NCBI GenBank assembly: GCA_003707115.1
Contig: PPNB01000004.1
Location: forward strand, 496,001-560,000
Length of the DNA: 64,000 bases
Direction of reading: 5' to 3'
Source of the DNA: Tortispora ganteri
Taxonomy: Eukaryota
Under the pieces are notes generated by a model. It did not search any database, had not been told where the DNA came from, and was given only the letters and a program-made list of their open reading frames with translations. Both the position numbers and the translations under genes were made by a program. Below, in pieces: positions 11,450 through 22,159 of this stretch (position 1 is the first letter of the stretch; every line of letters begins with the position of its first letter).

Positions 11450-13357
11450 ATGGAGGAACAGAAAAAATCTAAGTCTAGCGATATTAGATTTACTTCTGCC
11501 ATTGCACAAACTAATTCGAATTTATCAAAGTTATCAAAAACAGTAGTCTCAACTGCAGCGACATTAGCTAATGGCGACATATCGTCTGCCACTAATTATC
11601 AGATAGCTCTAGCGGATACATTTGTCCCTATAGCGCGCCGACCTAGTTTGCAACGAAAACTGTTATCGTTCAGTAGAACTCCTAGTGAAGTATTGAGAAC
11701 AGCTTTGTCTCCGAAAGAATTTAAGTACCATGCCAGTACAGAAATACCTGAAAGTCTGCTAAAGGATATACCCGAATCGTCTGCTGAATACTCTTTATTT
11801 CAGGGATTTGCTGCGACGGTCCCAGACCCAAATAAACCGTCTAGAAAGCTACTGGAATCTGCGCCTGGAGCTCCAAAATCTTTAGAAAGTCAGAAATCAG
11901 AAATCTGTCACAAACTTGAACTACTCGATATACGGAAGTCGCTAGCTTCAACCGAGATTCGCGAGATCGACCAAAAAATAGCACGCTTCGAAGAAATTCG
12001 AAATATCGTATTTCAAAGAATGCAAGATCTGGAAGAACAAGAAATTCAGAGCGAAAGAGACCTTGTAAGGATTGAGAACCTAATAGAAGATGCTGCAGAG
12101 AAGAAGACAATGGAAAAAGCAATACGCCTTGCAACTGCTCCTTCCAAGCTGCATTCTTCAAACGATATTCATGACACATGTGAGCCTGATGTTCATTCTC
12201 AGACTTACGCTACAAAAGCCGGTAATGAATCAGGTAATGTTACCGCTAATACACCCCCTCTCTCTCCAAGCTTCATGTCTGAAAGCGTGTACGGCAAGCT
12301 TCAATTATCTCCACCAAAGATTCGTAAGCCCAAAGCTCAGTCTTACCGCAGCAAAACAGTGCCTACTTTGCATCAATACTACAAAATTGGCAAGAATATC
12401 AGGACTTTCACTTGCCATTCAGACTCCGTAACCGCCCTCGACTTTGATATACCTTTTGGCACCCTTGTGACCGCTGGCCTAGATGACACCGTTAAGGTAT
12501 GGGATATGAGTAATGGTAGAAGCTACGGGACTTTAGTCGGGCACAAAGCTTCTGTGAAGTGTTTGCAAATAGATGATGGTCTAGTGGTTACTGGATCTAC
12601 CGATGCAAGCATTCGGCTCTGGGACCTGAACCGATTCGAGAAGTACACTATGGTACCGAAAGATTACTCTGAGCAAGAAGATGTATGTATTTATGAGCTA
12701 GATGCGCATGTTGATGAAGTCACAGCAGTGTGCATTTCAGACACCAAAATGGTCTCTGGTTCAAACGACAAAACTCTACGGCAGTGGGACCTGAACACGG
12801 GTAAATGCACACAGACTTTGGATATATTGTGGGCAGCTGCCCAAAGCTACGCAGGGATGAATGGTATAGCTAAACGCTCTTCTCATGTATTCAACGATGT
12901 CGACTTTGTAGGCGCATTGCAATGCTTTGACGCAGCGCTTGCAACTGGTACTGCTGATGGCATAGTCCGACTGTGGGATCTGAGAACGGGGCAAGTGCAG
13001 CGATCCCTGGTTGGTCATACCGGTCCCGTAACAAGTCTGCAATTTGATCAGTTCAGTCTAGTTACTGGCTCAATGGACAGAAGTGTACGTGTCTGGGACT
13101 TACGCATGGGTACCATCAGAGACGCTTTTGCGTATGAGCATCCTATCACGAGTTTGAGTTTCGACGCGCAGAAAATAGTCACGGCTGCGGGGGAAAACTT
13201 CGCAAAGATCTACGACAGAGTTAAAGAGGAGCACTGGACTTGTGGAGCCGGCGCAAAAGGTGATGAAAATGCTTCCACTGTTTTGCAAGTAAAAATGAAA
13301 GAGGGGTATTTGATTGAAGGTCGCGCCGACGGACGAGTTGGTGCATGGGCATGTTAA
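11450..13357 (+). CDS. MDV1: Mitochondrial fission adaptor Mdv1/Caf4 (N-terminal extension, coiled coil, WD40)
   Basis: YSLFQGF motif, coiled coil (LELLDIRKSLASTEIREID), WD40 starting TALDFDIPFGTLVTA, and FDAALATGTADGIVRLWDLR. Confidence 0.92.
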   Translation: MEEQKKSKSSDIRFTSAIAQTNSNLSKLSKTVVSTAATLANGDISSATNYQIALADTFVPIARRPSLQRKLLSFSRTPSEVLRTALSPKEFKYHASTEIPESLLKDIPESSAEYSLFQGFAATVPDPNKPSRKLLESAPGAPKSLESQKSEICHKLELLDIRKSLASTEIREIDQKIARFEEIRNIVFQRMQDLEEQEIQSERDLVRIENLIEDAAEKKTMEKAIRLATAPSKLHSSNDIHDTCEPDVHSQTYATKAGNESGNVTANTPPLSPSFMSESVYGKLQLSPPKIRKPKAQSYRSKTVPTLHQYYKIGKNIRTFTCHSDSVTALDFDIPFGTLVTAGLDDTVKVWDMSNGRSYGTLVGHKASVKCLQIDDGLVVTGSTDASIRLWDLNRFEKYTMVPKDYSEQEDVCIYELDAHVDEVTAVCISDTKMVSGSNDKTLRQWDLNTGKCTQTLDILWAAAQSYAGMNGIAKRSSHVFNDVDFVGALQCFDAALATGTADGIVRLWDLRTGQVQRSLVGHTGPVTSLQFDQFSLVTGSMDRSVRVWDLRMGTIRDAFAYEHPITSLSFDAQKIVTAAGENFAKIYDRVKEEHWTCGAGAKGDENASTVLQVKMKEGYLIEGRADGRVGAWAC

Positions 13358-13421
13358 GAATATTTCATAATCATTATTTCATGGGTGGCAGGTTTCTATA
13401 TGTTATTAAAAAAACCGCTCA

Positions 13422-14210
13422 TTACGAAGGAAACAGTTCAAGCATTTCCTTTAGTGACAGTTCAAGCCCTGCTTTATCGAGCAATATCAGGATACCTTTG
13501 GGAAATATTCCATAATCCTGAAAAGTACGTCGTGAATCTGCTTCTTCTGGTGGACGAGTGAATTCATATGAAGCGAAATGTTTAGCGTGTCTCAACATAA
13601 CTTCGTCTTCAGGGTGAAAGTAAAACATTTCTGATTGTGCAGCTTTCTTCTTTTTTTTAGGCTTTGGATCATCAATTTCTGAGTCCGTAGCGGTGAACGT
13701 TCGGGACACCAAAACGAAGGTGTCGAGATCAGGAAGCTCGCCTTTGGAAGTCGCCGTTTTCAATTCCTCTAAAAGCATTCTATACATATGAGGCATTACT
13801 TCAGTCGGCATATTCAATAACCTTTCAGATAGAATCAGGCCTGTTGACTCTAATTTTGAGTTCAAAGTGATTTTAAAAGAATCATCGACTTTAGAGTGTA
13901 TATATTTTAACAGATCTCCCGTCACGGGTTCTGGACGTCTTAAAGATACAACACTTAAGAATGCAAACGGATCGCTATCTTCTCCATCACATTTAATAGA
14001 TGAGCCAATGTTTTGCTGAATAATTATATCCGCTAGTGACGTTAGATCAAAAAGAGGTCCGTCAACATTGAAAAGCTGTCTAAGAAGGTTTTGAATAGCT
14101 TCGAAATCAATTTCCTTTGTGTCAAAAAAATCAAAATCAACATTCACAATCTCCTGTTCGTGTTCATCTTCCATTATTTCTTCGCTGTTCGATTCAGCGG
14201 ATCGTTTCAT
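13422..14210 (-). CDS. BCP1: Bcp1/BCCIP 60S biogenesis factor
   Basis: VNVDFDFFD, IKCDGEDSDPFAFLSV, GLILSERLLNMP, YFHPEDE and DSRRTFQDYGIFPKG. Confidence 0.93.
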   Translation of the reverse strand: MKRSAESNSEEIMEDEHEQEIVNVDFDFFDTKEIDFEAIQNLLRQLFNVDGPLFDLTSLADIIIQQNIGSSIKCDGEDSDPFAFLSVVSLRRPEPVTGDLLKYIHSKVDDSFKITLNSKLESTGLILSERLLNMPTEVMPHMYRMLLEELKTATSKGELPDLDTFVLVSRTFTATDSEIDDPKPKKKKKAAQSEMFYFHPEDEVMLRHAKHFASYEFTRPPEEADSRRTFQDYGIFPKGILILLDKAGLELSLKEMLELFPS

Positions 14211-14581
14211 AATTCTAAAATATTCACTTTCGTAGATAGCTGTCAGTAGATAAAATGAGCAAATTTTGTAGTTTTTAAAGTTCTAAGGTGAGTTCAAACT
14301 TTAAATTCACAACAATAATCGGACTAAGCGGCTGCACACTACCCTCATCTTGCATTCTACTATCCTCTTTTCCGTTCAAAGGTATCCTACCTTACTTATT
14401 CTACATTGCTTGTCTTTCTTGGGATACACTTGGTTTATTTAAGAGTACGTTAATTGTGAAGATCTCCAACAATTGAAGTTCCTACAATAGCCTCTAGGTC
14501 TTGACCCCTGTCTGAAGACAGCCTTATCGCAATAACTACACATAATATTCTGCTTGATCTTGCCGCTAAACTAAGTCGATT

Positions 14582-15364
14582 ATGTTAAAATATATTCTAC
14601 GTCCATCACTGGCTTTTAGAATAGCATGTTATGGGCCTCACAGATACGCCAGTACCGTGTCTTCTGCGGACTGGCCTACGAAGAAGTACCCCACACCGTA
14701 CGAAATCTTACAGGTAGACGCGAACGCTTCTAAGGAAGTTATCAGGTCTCGCTTTCTTGACCTAGCTCGTCTTTATCATCCAGACTCGAACTTCTCCAAC
14801 AGCGACATAACAAAAAAGGATAGGTTTCAGATTGTTCATTCGGCTTACAAATTACTCAGCTCACCCCACGACCGGCGCCTCTATGATGAAATAGGTGCCG
14901 GCTGGATATACAGCTCCGCCGCCAACGGCGTCTATGGCGGTAATAGATTCACTAATACAACTTACAGAAATTCTATGTCTATGTATAATGGCGCACAAGA
15001 TATCAATGACAGCTGGTTTAACGCGGCCACTTGGGAAGACTTTCGTAAGTTTGATCCAGAATATAATGCGAAGCTACGCAAAGATTTCGAAGAACGACGA
15101 GAGTATGCGCGTAAATACAGGTGGTACTATCTTGGTTTATGTATTTTATTCATGACGGTTGGGTTCTGCCTGCAGGTTTCTTGGGCTATGGACCGTTCGG
15201 ACAAAGTCACTAATATTGTTGTTGCAAGAAACCGGCGATTGCAAAACGAATTGAATATGGCAAGGATAAACTACGGGTGGGAAGACACAAGAGAGGCAAG
15301 AGTAAACAGGTTCCTAGCTGTTCGCAAAGCGAGACAGAGAGAACCTGAGGACGGTTCAAATTAA
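14582..15364 (+). CDS. JID1: Mitochondrial J-domain protein, Jid1-like
   Basis: Presequence-like N-terminus, WP...PTPYEIL, J domain with YHPD, NAATWED motif and a C-terminal TM segment. Confidence 0.8.
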   Translation: MLKYILRPSLAFRIACYGPHRYASTVSSADWPTKKYPTPYEILQVDANASKEVIRSRFLDLARLYHPDSNFSNSDITKKDRFQIVHSAYKLLSSPHDRRLYDEIGAGWIYSSAANGVYGGNRFTNTTYRNSMSMYNGAQDINDSWFNAATWEDFRKFDPEYNAKLRKDFEERREYARKYRWYYLGLCILFMTVGFCLQVSWAMDRSDKVTNIVVARNRRLQNELNMARINYGWEDTREARVNRFLAVRKARQREPEDGSN

Positions 15365-15428
15365 TTTATACAACATGATAATATGGCTCCTAGTATCAAC
15401 TGATCTGCTACTCTATACTAGCAGTTAA

Positions 15429-16401
15429 TCAATCAAGCATTCGCAACGCATATTCGAATGAGAGGAATGTGGCTGCATTAACAGGTGCAGCACGTAACAA
15501 GGTAGTAGAAATGCCTTTGAAGAACACCGATACTCCCATCTCCTTGTAGAGCTGTTTGGTGCAAGACCAACTGGTTTTATAGGCCTGCTTTGATACCTCC
15601 AAAGCATCAGTTTGCATCCTTGATTTGACAACATCTGACGGATATATTGAAAGCCACATAGCGTATCCGGCCATAGCACCGAATCCGCAAAGCCACGCTC
15701 CGGATACATCTTTTCGTTCACAGTTGTTCTTATAGCAATACTCTTTGAGGCAAGCTTCATAAGCTAGGAAGTACATTCCCATTCCGTGACCCTCGCGAAT
15801 AAGGGTCGGTGTGATACCTCTAAATACTCCCTTCACCCCGCTGGCTGATATAATCTGTTTCATACAGTCAAGTGGACCTTTGAATTGAGGATTTGTTGCG
15901 CTCTGTGTTTGCAGCCTGATTCTAACCTGTTCAATGGGACCTGTGATAAAGGCGGAAGCCAGACCAGCAGCTGATCCACACATATAAAACTGAATATTGG
16001 ATAATCGATGATCGTCATGCCCCTGAGACTTATTGTAAGCGAAGAAAAATCGCTTAGTAGCCTCGTTGACTCCGAACTGCGTGGAAACTGCAGCGCCGAC
16101 ACCGATCAAAGGAGTTAGGGTACCTTTATAAAATGCCAATGGCCCTTCGGTTTTTACCAATTTTTTGGCGACATCCAATGCTCCAGTATATTTGCCAGGG
16201 GGCGCGCTCTGCAAACGCACTTTAGTAGTATCAAAGGGTTGTCCAGATAGCACTTGAGCTGTAAATCGTTAGCTTGAACATCCCTTGAAAACTAGCGACG
16301 ACTATTGTCACAAAGCCAGCGATAATTTAATACATACCAATGCCGCCAGCAGTACCTGCGAAGATATCTTTCACCGCTCTATACGGGTCTGGTTCGGTCA
16401 T
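15429..16401 (-). CDS. YMC1: Mitochondrial carrier (SLC25), Ymc1/Ymc2-like; exons 16401-16338 and 16258-15429
   Basis: Three carrier signatures (PFDTTKVRLQ, PIEQVRIRLQ, PSDVVKSRMQ) and FYKGTLTPLIGVG. Spliced start is MTEPDPYRAVKDIFAGTAGGIAQVLSGQPFD. Confidence 0.88.
16259..16337 (-). other. Spliceosomal intron in the YMC-like gene (79 nt, phase 1)
   Basis: Minus strand reads GTATGT...GCTAACGATTTACAG; the join is in frame. Confidence 0.92.
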
Positions 16402-16846
16402 GAGAGTATAGATTAGAGATAAAGTCGACGAAAAAAAAGTGAGTTTAGACCATCGAGAACGTTTTCTTTTTTCTTTTTTTTGGCGCTTAACGCGATCCCA
16501 ACCCCAGTTAGGAAGTTGTGCTAGGCGCCGAACGATCGCGTAAATTTCCTTTTAACTATATTAAGTTTCTTCTTTATGTCATAAATTGCTTAGTCCAGTT
16601 GCAAGCGTGCTAAAGCGCATCAAAAACAATAAAAGACTGAATAAACTCCAGCTTTCAACTGGCTGTTTAAGTAATCCATGCGCCGGTTCGGCGCAGTGTT
16701 TGGCGGGAAGGAAATTGACCGAGGGACTTACCCGTTTAGTTGAATGAAAAGTCACCCCCGCTCTCAGCAGTTACCCCACACAATTTCGAAATCTGTATAA
16801 TAGAATAGCGATTGAACCTTTACCTACGCACTCCAATATTGTGAAT

Positions 16847-17650
16847 ATGGATCAAAAAGTGTGCATTATTACTGGAGCGAATTCCGTTATCGGAATCGGC
16901 GCCGCCACAGCCAAACTGCTTGGTAAAGCAGGTGTGAAAGCAGTTTACCTGTGCGACGTTGTGGGAGACAATCTTCAAACGACAGCTGAAAAGTTGAAGC
17001 GTGAATACCCTGTGACAGATTTTATAGCTTATAAACCATTTGATGCGGCAAGCGAAGAAGCAGTAAAAGAAGTCGTTGCTGATGCCATTAAAAATTATGG
17101 CAGACTGGACTTTTTCTTCGCTAATGCTGGAATAATTGGTCCAGTTTCGACATTCAGCGATATTGGCGAGAAAGATTTCATGAATGTATTAAGAATTAAC
17201 ACTCTCAGTGTGTTCCTGGCCATAAAATATGCTGCTACTGCCATGAAAAAGAAAGGGATAACTGGCTCTATTGTGGCGACGGCATCTGTTGCTGGCACTA
17301 AATCTGGTGCTGGCACTACACCGTATTCGGCTTCAAAAGCTGCAGTAATTAACCTTGTTCAAACAACAGCATGGCAATTAAGTGGAACAGGCATTCGCAT
17401 TAATGCCATATGTCCAGGGCTGATTGAAACAGGTATGACTAAGCCAACATATGATGCTGCTCGTCAAAGAGGAACTATCTCCAGGATTGGTCAATTGAAT
17501 CCTACCAGACGAGGGGGTCGTCCAGAGGAGGTAGCTGAAGTTGTGGCTTTTTTGGCGAGTGATAATTCGAGCTATGTTAATGGACAATTCTGGCTCGTTG
17601 ATGGAGGATTGAGTGCCTCGTTGCCTGTTATGCCTGGTAAGATGCATTAG
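16847..17650 (+). CDS. Classical short-chain dehydrogenase/reductase
   Basis: TGANSVIGIG Rossmann motif, ANAG, catalytic YSASK, NAICPGLIET and VDGG. Confidence 0.9.
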   Translation: MDQKVCIITGANSVIGIGAATAKLLGKAGVKAVYLCDVVGDNLQTTAEKLKREYPVTDFIAYKPFDAASEEAVKEVVADAIKNYGRLDFFFANAGIIGPVSTFSDIGEKDFMNVLRINTLSVFLAIKYAATAMKKKGITGSIVATASVAGTKSGAGTTPYSASKAAVINLVQTTAWQLSGTGIRINAICPGLIETGMTKPTYDAARQRGTISRIGQLNPTRRGGRPEEVAEVVAFLASDNSSYVNGQFWLVDGGLSASLPVMPGKMH

Positions 17651-18306
17651 TCACAGTCGTTTTCACTATCGCTATCATCGCTAAGACTCAATTCGGTTAA
17701 TTTATAGTTTTCAGGAAGCTCACCAGCGTAGAATGTAGGAAATTCTTTGAAGAAATGGCCCCATATATGGTCGCCTATGATTGTGTCCGGTGCTACTGAT
17801 TGAGCTGTATTGTCGGCATTCAAAACGAACACCTGCCTTTTTTCTGTTAGGCTGAGCACCTTATCAATAGGGTCTGTATCGAGGATGTCATGGATGATAT
17901 GTCTTTGAGGTGGGTCGATGAGTTCTATCGTCCATAGAAACTTATTCTGAAACTTGTCGAACCTTGATCTGTTCTCTTTCGCCCGTGTGAGCTGTCGTGG
18001 GGCCTTAATAATGGCAACGCCGCCCATAATACGTGGTCTGGCGGGCCCCGTATTAGTTGCATTGAAAGAAGCATATAATGCAGGAGCGACAGAATTTTGG
18101 ATCTTAGTAATAAAATTGTAGTCTCTGTTGAGAGTTTCAAGCGTGAGAAGTGACTGTCTGGGTACATAATTGGCCGGGTTTTGAATGCCAGTACATTTAG
18201 TAGATGCTTTATGAGCTTTCTGGCACTGAGAAGTACAAAACTTTAGACCACAACCTGGACAGCAATATAATGCTTCATTATTATTACATTGTTCGCAGAA
18301 AACCAT
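17647..18306 (-). CDS. BCD1: Box C/D snoRNP assembly factor with zf-HIT domain
   Basis: CEQC..YCCPGC..FCTSQCQKAHK...CTG zinc finger, LNRDYNF, R..ENRS and FLWTIE. Confidence 0.8.
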   Translation of the reverse strand: MVFCEQCNNNEALYCCPGCGLKFCTSQCQKAHKASTKCTGIQNPANYVPRQSLLTLETLNRDYNFITKIQNSVAPALYASFNATNTGPARPRIMGGVAIIKAPRQLTRAKENRSRFDKFQNKFLWTIELIDPPQRHIIHDILDTDPIDKVLSLTEKRQVFVLNADNTAQSVAPDTIIGDHIWGHFFKEFPTFYAGELPENYKLTELSLSDDSDSENDCD

Positions 18307-18425
18307 TAGGTATGCAGAAAAGTAGAGGCTGCGTTATTGCCGTTCATAAGTTGGGATGAGAGCAAGCAAAAAAAAAAACCTACCTCGACTCTTCTTTAGG
18401 CGAACCTGACCATCACGCTAGAATC

Positions 18426-18701
18426 ATGAAACCATCGCTACATTTACTAAAGCGAAGTGTATGGAAAGGGCCGTATGTTGTGCCTTTACCATTGAAAGAG
18501 GCTCGTGAAAAAAATATGCCTATTAAGACTATGGCTAGATCGTGCATGATTCTACCGAGTTTTGTAGGATTACGATTCCAGGTTCACAATGGCAAAACGT
18601 ACGTGCCAGTCGAAATAACGGAAGATATGATAGGTACTAAACTAGGTGAATATGCGCCTACGAGAAAGAGATTTACTTACAAGTACACTGCAAATAGATG
18701 A
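18426..18701 (+). CDS. RSM19: Mitochondrial ribosomal protein uS19m
   Basis: [24 protein letters not shown] and [14 protein letters not shown]. Confidence 0.95.
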   Translation: MKPSLHLLKRSVWKGPYVVPLPLKEAREKNMPIKTMARSCMILPSFVGLRFQVHNGKTYVPVEITEDMIGTKLGEYAPTRKRFTYKYTANR

Positions 18702-18753
18702 TTTAATTATGACAAATACAAACTGAATGTTCCTCGTATTATGATAGGGTACA

Positions 18754-19443
18754 TTACCTGTAGAAAGCCGGACGACGTATATCGACGCCATACTCTGCCA
18801 AAGCGGAGCTCAAGTCGTCCAAGGTTAACGTGATTTTCGCTTTAGTATTTGTTTGTTGTTGGCTATTTGAAGACGCCAATTGCATGCGAATTCTTGAGTA
18901 CTGATAGGCATCTGTAGCAATATCTGTGATAAACTTCTGTGTAGCCAGCGCAAGTAATCTCTTAATCCTTTTGTCAGAGTTAGCAAATCCGGATTTCATT
19001 AAATAGTAGTCCGTAATAGCATCAGGTATAACAGGCGGCTGATCTTCCATTGAATTCAAAAGTTCTTTCAGAGTTTTGTCTTTAGGCAGTTCTCCAATCT
19101 CCTCAGGATTTGGTATAATACTTAGTTCTGACATATCGATATCCTCAACCAAGTCTTCAGGCCCAGCATCCAGACCTTCTATATCTTCACTTTTGATTTC
19201 CATCTCTTCAACATCTTCCATCGCTTCATTCTCTTCTGTTTCTGGCCTCACATCATCCTTAGCATCACTATTATCAGTAGCCTCTACGTTCGCCTCCACA
19301 GTTGTATCGGCATTCTCCTCGCTTTCAGCTTCTTCGATTTCTTCTACTTTATAAACTGATTCCACCTCTTCTACTTCTTCGGCCTTTTTTTCTTCATCCC
19401 TCGGCTCTTTAGTATCGCTCTTTGATGCCCTCGTTCTAGCCAT
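18754..19443 (-). CDS. TAF10: TFIID/SAGA subunit Taf10 (probable start ATG 19443)
   Basis: [58 protein letters not shown]; acidic N-terminus. Confidence 0.95.
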   Translation of the reverse strand: MARTRASKSDTKEPRDEEKKAEEVEEVESVYKVEEIEEAESEENADTTVEANVEATDNSDAKDDVRPETEENEAMEDVEEMEIKSEDIEGLDAGPEDLVEDIDMSELSIIPNPEEIGELPKDKTLKELLNSMEDQPPVIPDAITDYYLMKSGFANSDKRIKRLLALATQKFITDIATDAYQYSRIRMQLASSNSQQQTNTKAKITLTLDDLSSALAEYGVDIRRPAFYR

Positions 19444-19761
19444 GGTGTATACAATGGTTAGTAGAAGTCCCAGGCACGTTGAACCGCGATTTATTAGTGC
19501 TATACCACTGTGCATGCTAATTGGTCTTAGGTGCAAACTCACTCTTCATAGTCTATTATACTTCTCTCTCTTGGTTTCTCTCTCAAATTCGGCCTCTAAG
19601 AATTTATGTATTTGCAAGCTATTCAGTTTCAGTCAATCATTCTGCCTATTCTCATATGCCTTGGCTTGATAGGGAAACCTCCCAAGTACCAAAGAAAAAG
19701 TTTTAGGAAGCTCTTCCTTTTTCCTAATTTTCAATCACTTCTACATTTCGCCGCAAATACA

Positions 19762-20643
19762 ATGCTGAGAACTATTAAACCAAAAACCGCTAGAGGTAAA
19801 AGAGCTCTAGATGAAGCAGCGCCGAAAGTGGTTGAGAATCCTAAGAAAGCGTTGTTTGTTCCAGGCAACACATTTACTGATTTCCTCAATAAAGTAGTTA
19901 ACGACCTTATGGGATTAAAAAAGCCATATGTGAAGAAATTCTCAAAGAAGAACGATATCAAACCTTTTGATGACGTTACATCTATTGAGTTCTTTTCTAC
20001 TAAGAATGATACAGCATTTGTAATTACAGGCTATAACTCAAAAAAGCGACCTAACACTCTTTGTTTCACGAGACTATTCGATCACAGAGTACTAGACCAA
20101 ATCGAATTTCATATTAACAAGGATACCGCGAAACTTATTAATGATTTCAAATCGAAAACATTTCAAGTAGGTATGAAACCTATTATAGTATTTTCTGGTT
20201 TGGCTTTTGACACAGATCCTAAGTTTAAACTGGTAAAGAACATGTTCCTCGACTTCTTCAGGAATGATTCAGTCACAGATCTTGATCTTTCCAGTCTACA
20301 ACACACTATATACGTATCTAGTGAAGTAAATGACGGTATTTCAATTGTCAAGTTCCGTGTTTACTTGATCACTACGAAGAAGACGAATCAGCGAACTCCT
20401 ATGGTCGTACTGAATGAATGTGGTCCCCGACTAGACCTCACTATTGGCAGAATTGAATACACTAACAATGAACTGCTTAAGGAGGCTATGAAAGTACCTA
20501 GAGAAATACAACCGAAAGTTAAGAAAAACATTTCTAATGATGATATGGGTGACACATTCGGAAGAATTCACGTTGGAGCTCAAGATCTTAAAAATCTACA
20601 AACGAGGAAGATGAAAGGTTTGAAGAAGCAACGTTTGGAATAG
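19762..20643 (+). CDS. RPF2: Brix-domain ribosome biogenesis factor (probable start ATG 19762)
   Basis: MLRTIKPKTARGKRAL..APKVVENPK, SKKRPN, ECGPRLD and QDLKNLQTRKMKGLK. Confidence 0.95.
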   Translation: MLRTIKPKTARGKRALDEAAPKVVENPKKALFVPGNTFTDFLNKVVNDLMGLKKPYVKKFSKKNDIKPFDDVTSIEFFSTKNDTAFVITGYNSKKRPNTLCFTRLFDHRVLDQIEFHINKDTAKLINDFKSKTFQVGMKPIIVFSGLAFDTDPKFKLVKNMFLDFFRNDSVTDLDLSSLQHTIYVSSEVNDGISIVKFRVYLITTKKTNQRTPMVVLNECGPRLDLTIGRIEYTNNELLKEAMKVPREIQPKVKKNISNDDMGDTFGRIHVGAQDLKNLQTRKMKGLKKQRLE

Positions 20644-20704
20644 ATTACGAAAAAATAGACTCTGGCATTACTATCGACGTGTATTTGTATTAGCTAAACA
20701 GCAT

Positions 20705-21724
20705 TTATTGAGACTTATTGTCAATAAGTCTTAATAAATTACGCAGTAACATTGAGATTGTAACTTTTCCAATCGATGGTACGTACAGAGAAGCATGGTT
20801 TTTCACCTCCGGGTCAAAATTTTTAAAGCTTGAGAAATTGATGCATACAGCTCCATCCTTAAGATATTCAACTGGAAATTTATAAGATTCTGTAGGCACA
20901 CCTGTGATAACAACATCAGAAATACGAGTAGCATCTTTAAGTGATATATCGACATCAGCGATCTCATGGTGTTTCATCTTTAGGCCCTCACCTCTAGTGA
21001 ATCTCTGAACATTATCTATATCAAACGAATATACCACAGCTCCGTCATTAGCAAGCAGCGCAGCCAATGGTCGTCCGACAATTTCACTTCGATTGATCAC
21101 AGTGATTGTTTTACCGTATAGTCTATTGCCGTATGGAATCAGAGCATTATACACACCCAGGTACTCCAAGATCTTGACAATAGCAAGCGGAGTGCAGGGG
21201 AGTATGGATTTTTTCTTCTCTTCCTTATCTAAATAACGAACGTTGTGATATAAATTTTGCAAGTATATGTGACTCAGCCCTTCAACGTCTTTCTCTGGAG
21301 ACATAAGTTGTTGAAGATACTGATCCTGCCTTGTTCCGAATACAGGGAAGTAGACCATCATTCCGTTAACTTCGTCATCTTCGTTAGCGGCAAGTATTTC
21401 ATCTTCAAGCTCTTCCTTGTTCACTTCCTTTAGAATATACTTGAATCCAGACTCTTCGCATGTCTTTTTGGTCCAATTGGCATACATTCGAGCTGCAGGA
21501 TCGTCATTTGCCAAAAATCCAACCAGTACCGGTTGTCTATCAAACGTCTCAACTTTCTGTTTTATTTCGTCAATATAGTCTTTAGCAATTGAACTTGCCA
21601 AAACAGTTTCTATAAAGCTGGTTAGGTACAATGAATCAAAATATAAGAGTGAATCAAAAAGCTGATTCGATACACTCTGTAAACCGTTATGACTATAGTC
21701 CTACTTACTGCAAGGAACACTCAT
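20705..21724 (-). CDS. MTD1: NAD-dependent methylenetetrahydrofolate dehydrogenase; exons 21724-21709 and 21609-20705
   Basis: KDVEGL, ILPCTPLAIVKILEYL and NRSEIVGRPLAALLANDGA. Spliced start is MSVPCKTVLASSIA. Confidence 0.95.
21610..21708 (-). other. Spliceosomal intron in MTD1 (99 nt, phase 1)
   Basis: Minus strand reads GTAAGT...TACCTAACCAGCTTTATAG; the distal TAG gives the in-frame join. Confidence 0.88.
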
Positions 21725-22159
21725 CGCTGATTATTACACAATTTTCAAATTCTTTAAATTATCCTCCAAAACTTTTTTATCTTTCTTATATACTATTATC
21801 AAACTAAGAAGCGCGGACGGTGGATGAAAAAATATAGTTCCTAGACAGACTAATTTCTATCACGAAAAGGTTGTACAAAATATCATACATTACCTAATTG
21901 GGTAAGTGACAATTTTTTGTCGATTTTTCTTCATCTTTCACACTTATTTAGCTCCGAAACTTGAGCCGCACCTATTCTCGCCTTTAGTCTACGAGCACGA
22001 TCTAGGTCAAGGGCTCTAAAAGCCCAATATTGTTCAGTAAACGTTGATCTATCTATAAGATTAGGCACAGGCTTGCAACTGGTATTCTGGGTTCCAGATC
22101 TACTCTCATTCAGGTCTCTCTTACTTCTTACACCCTTCCCCAGTACCCCCCTATACATT

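Noticed and set aside
19606..19761. Long N-terminal extensions in the ORF track for RPF2 (also TAF10, MET18, GIR2, COA3 and the tubulin)
   Set aside because: Family similarity starts at a downstream ATG; the extensions are open frames through promoter DNA, often from non-ATG codons.
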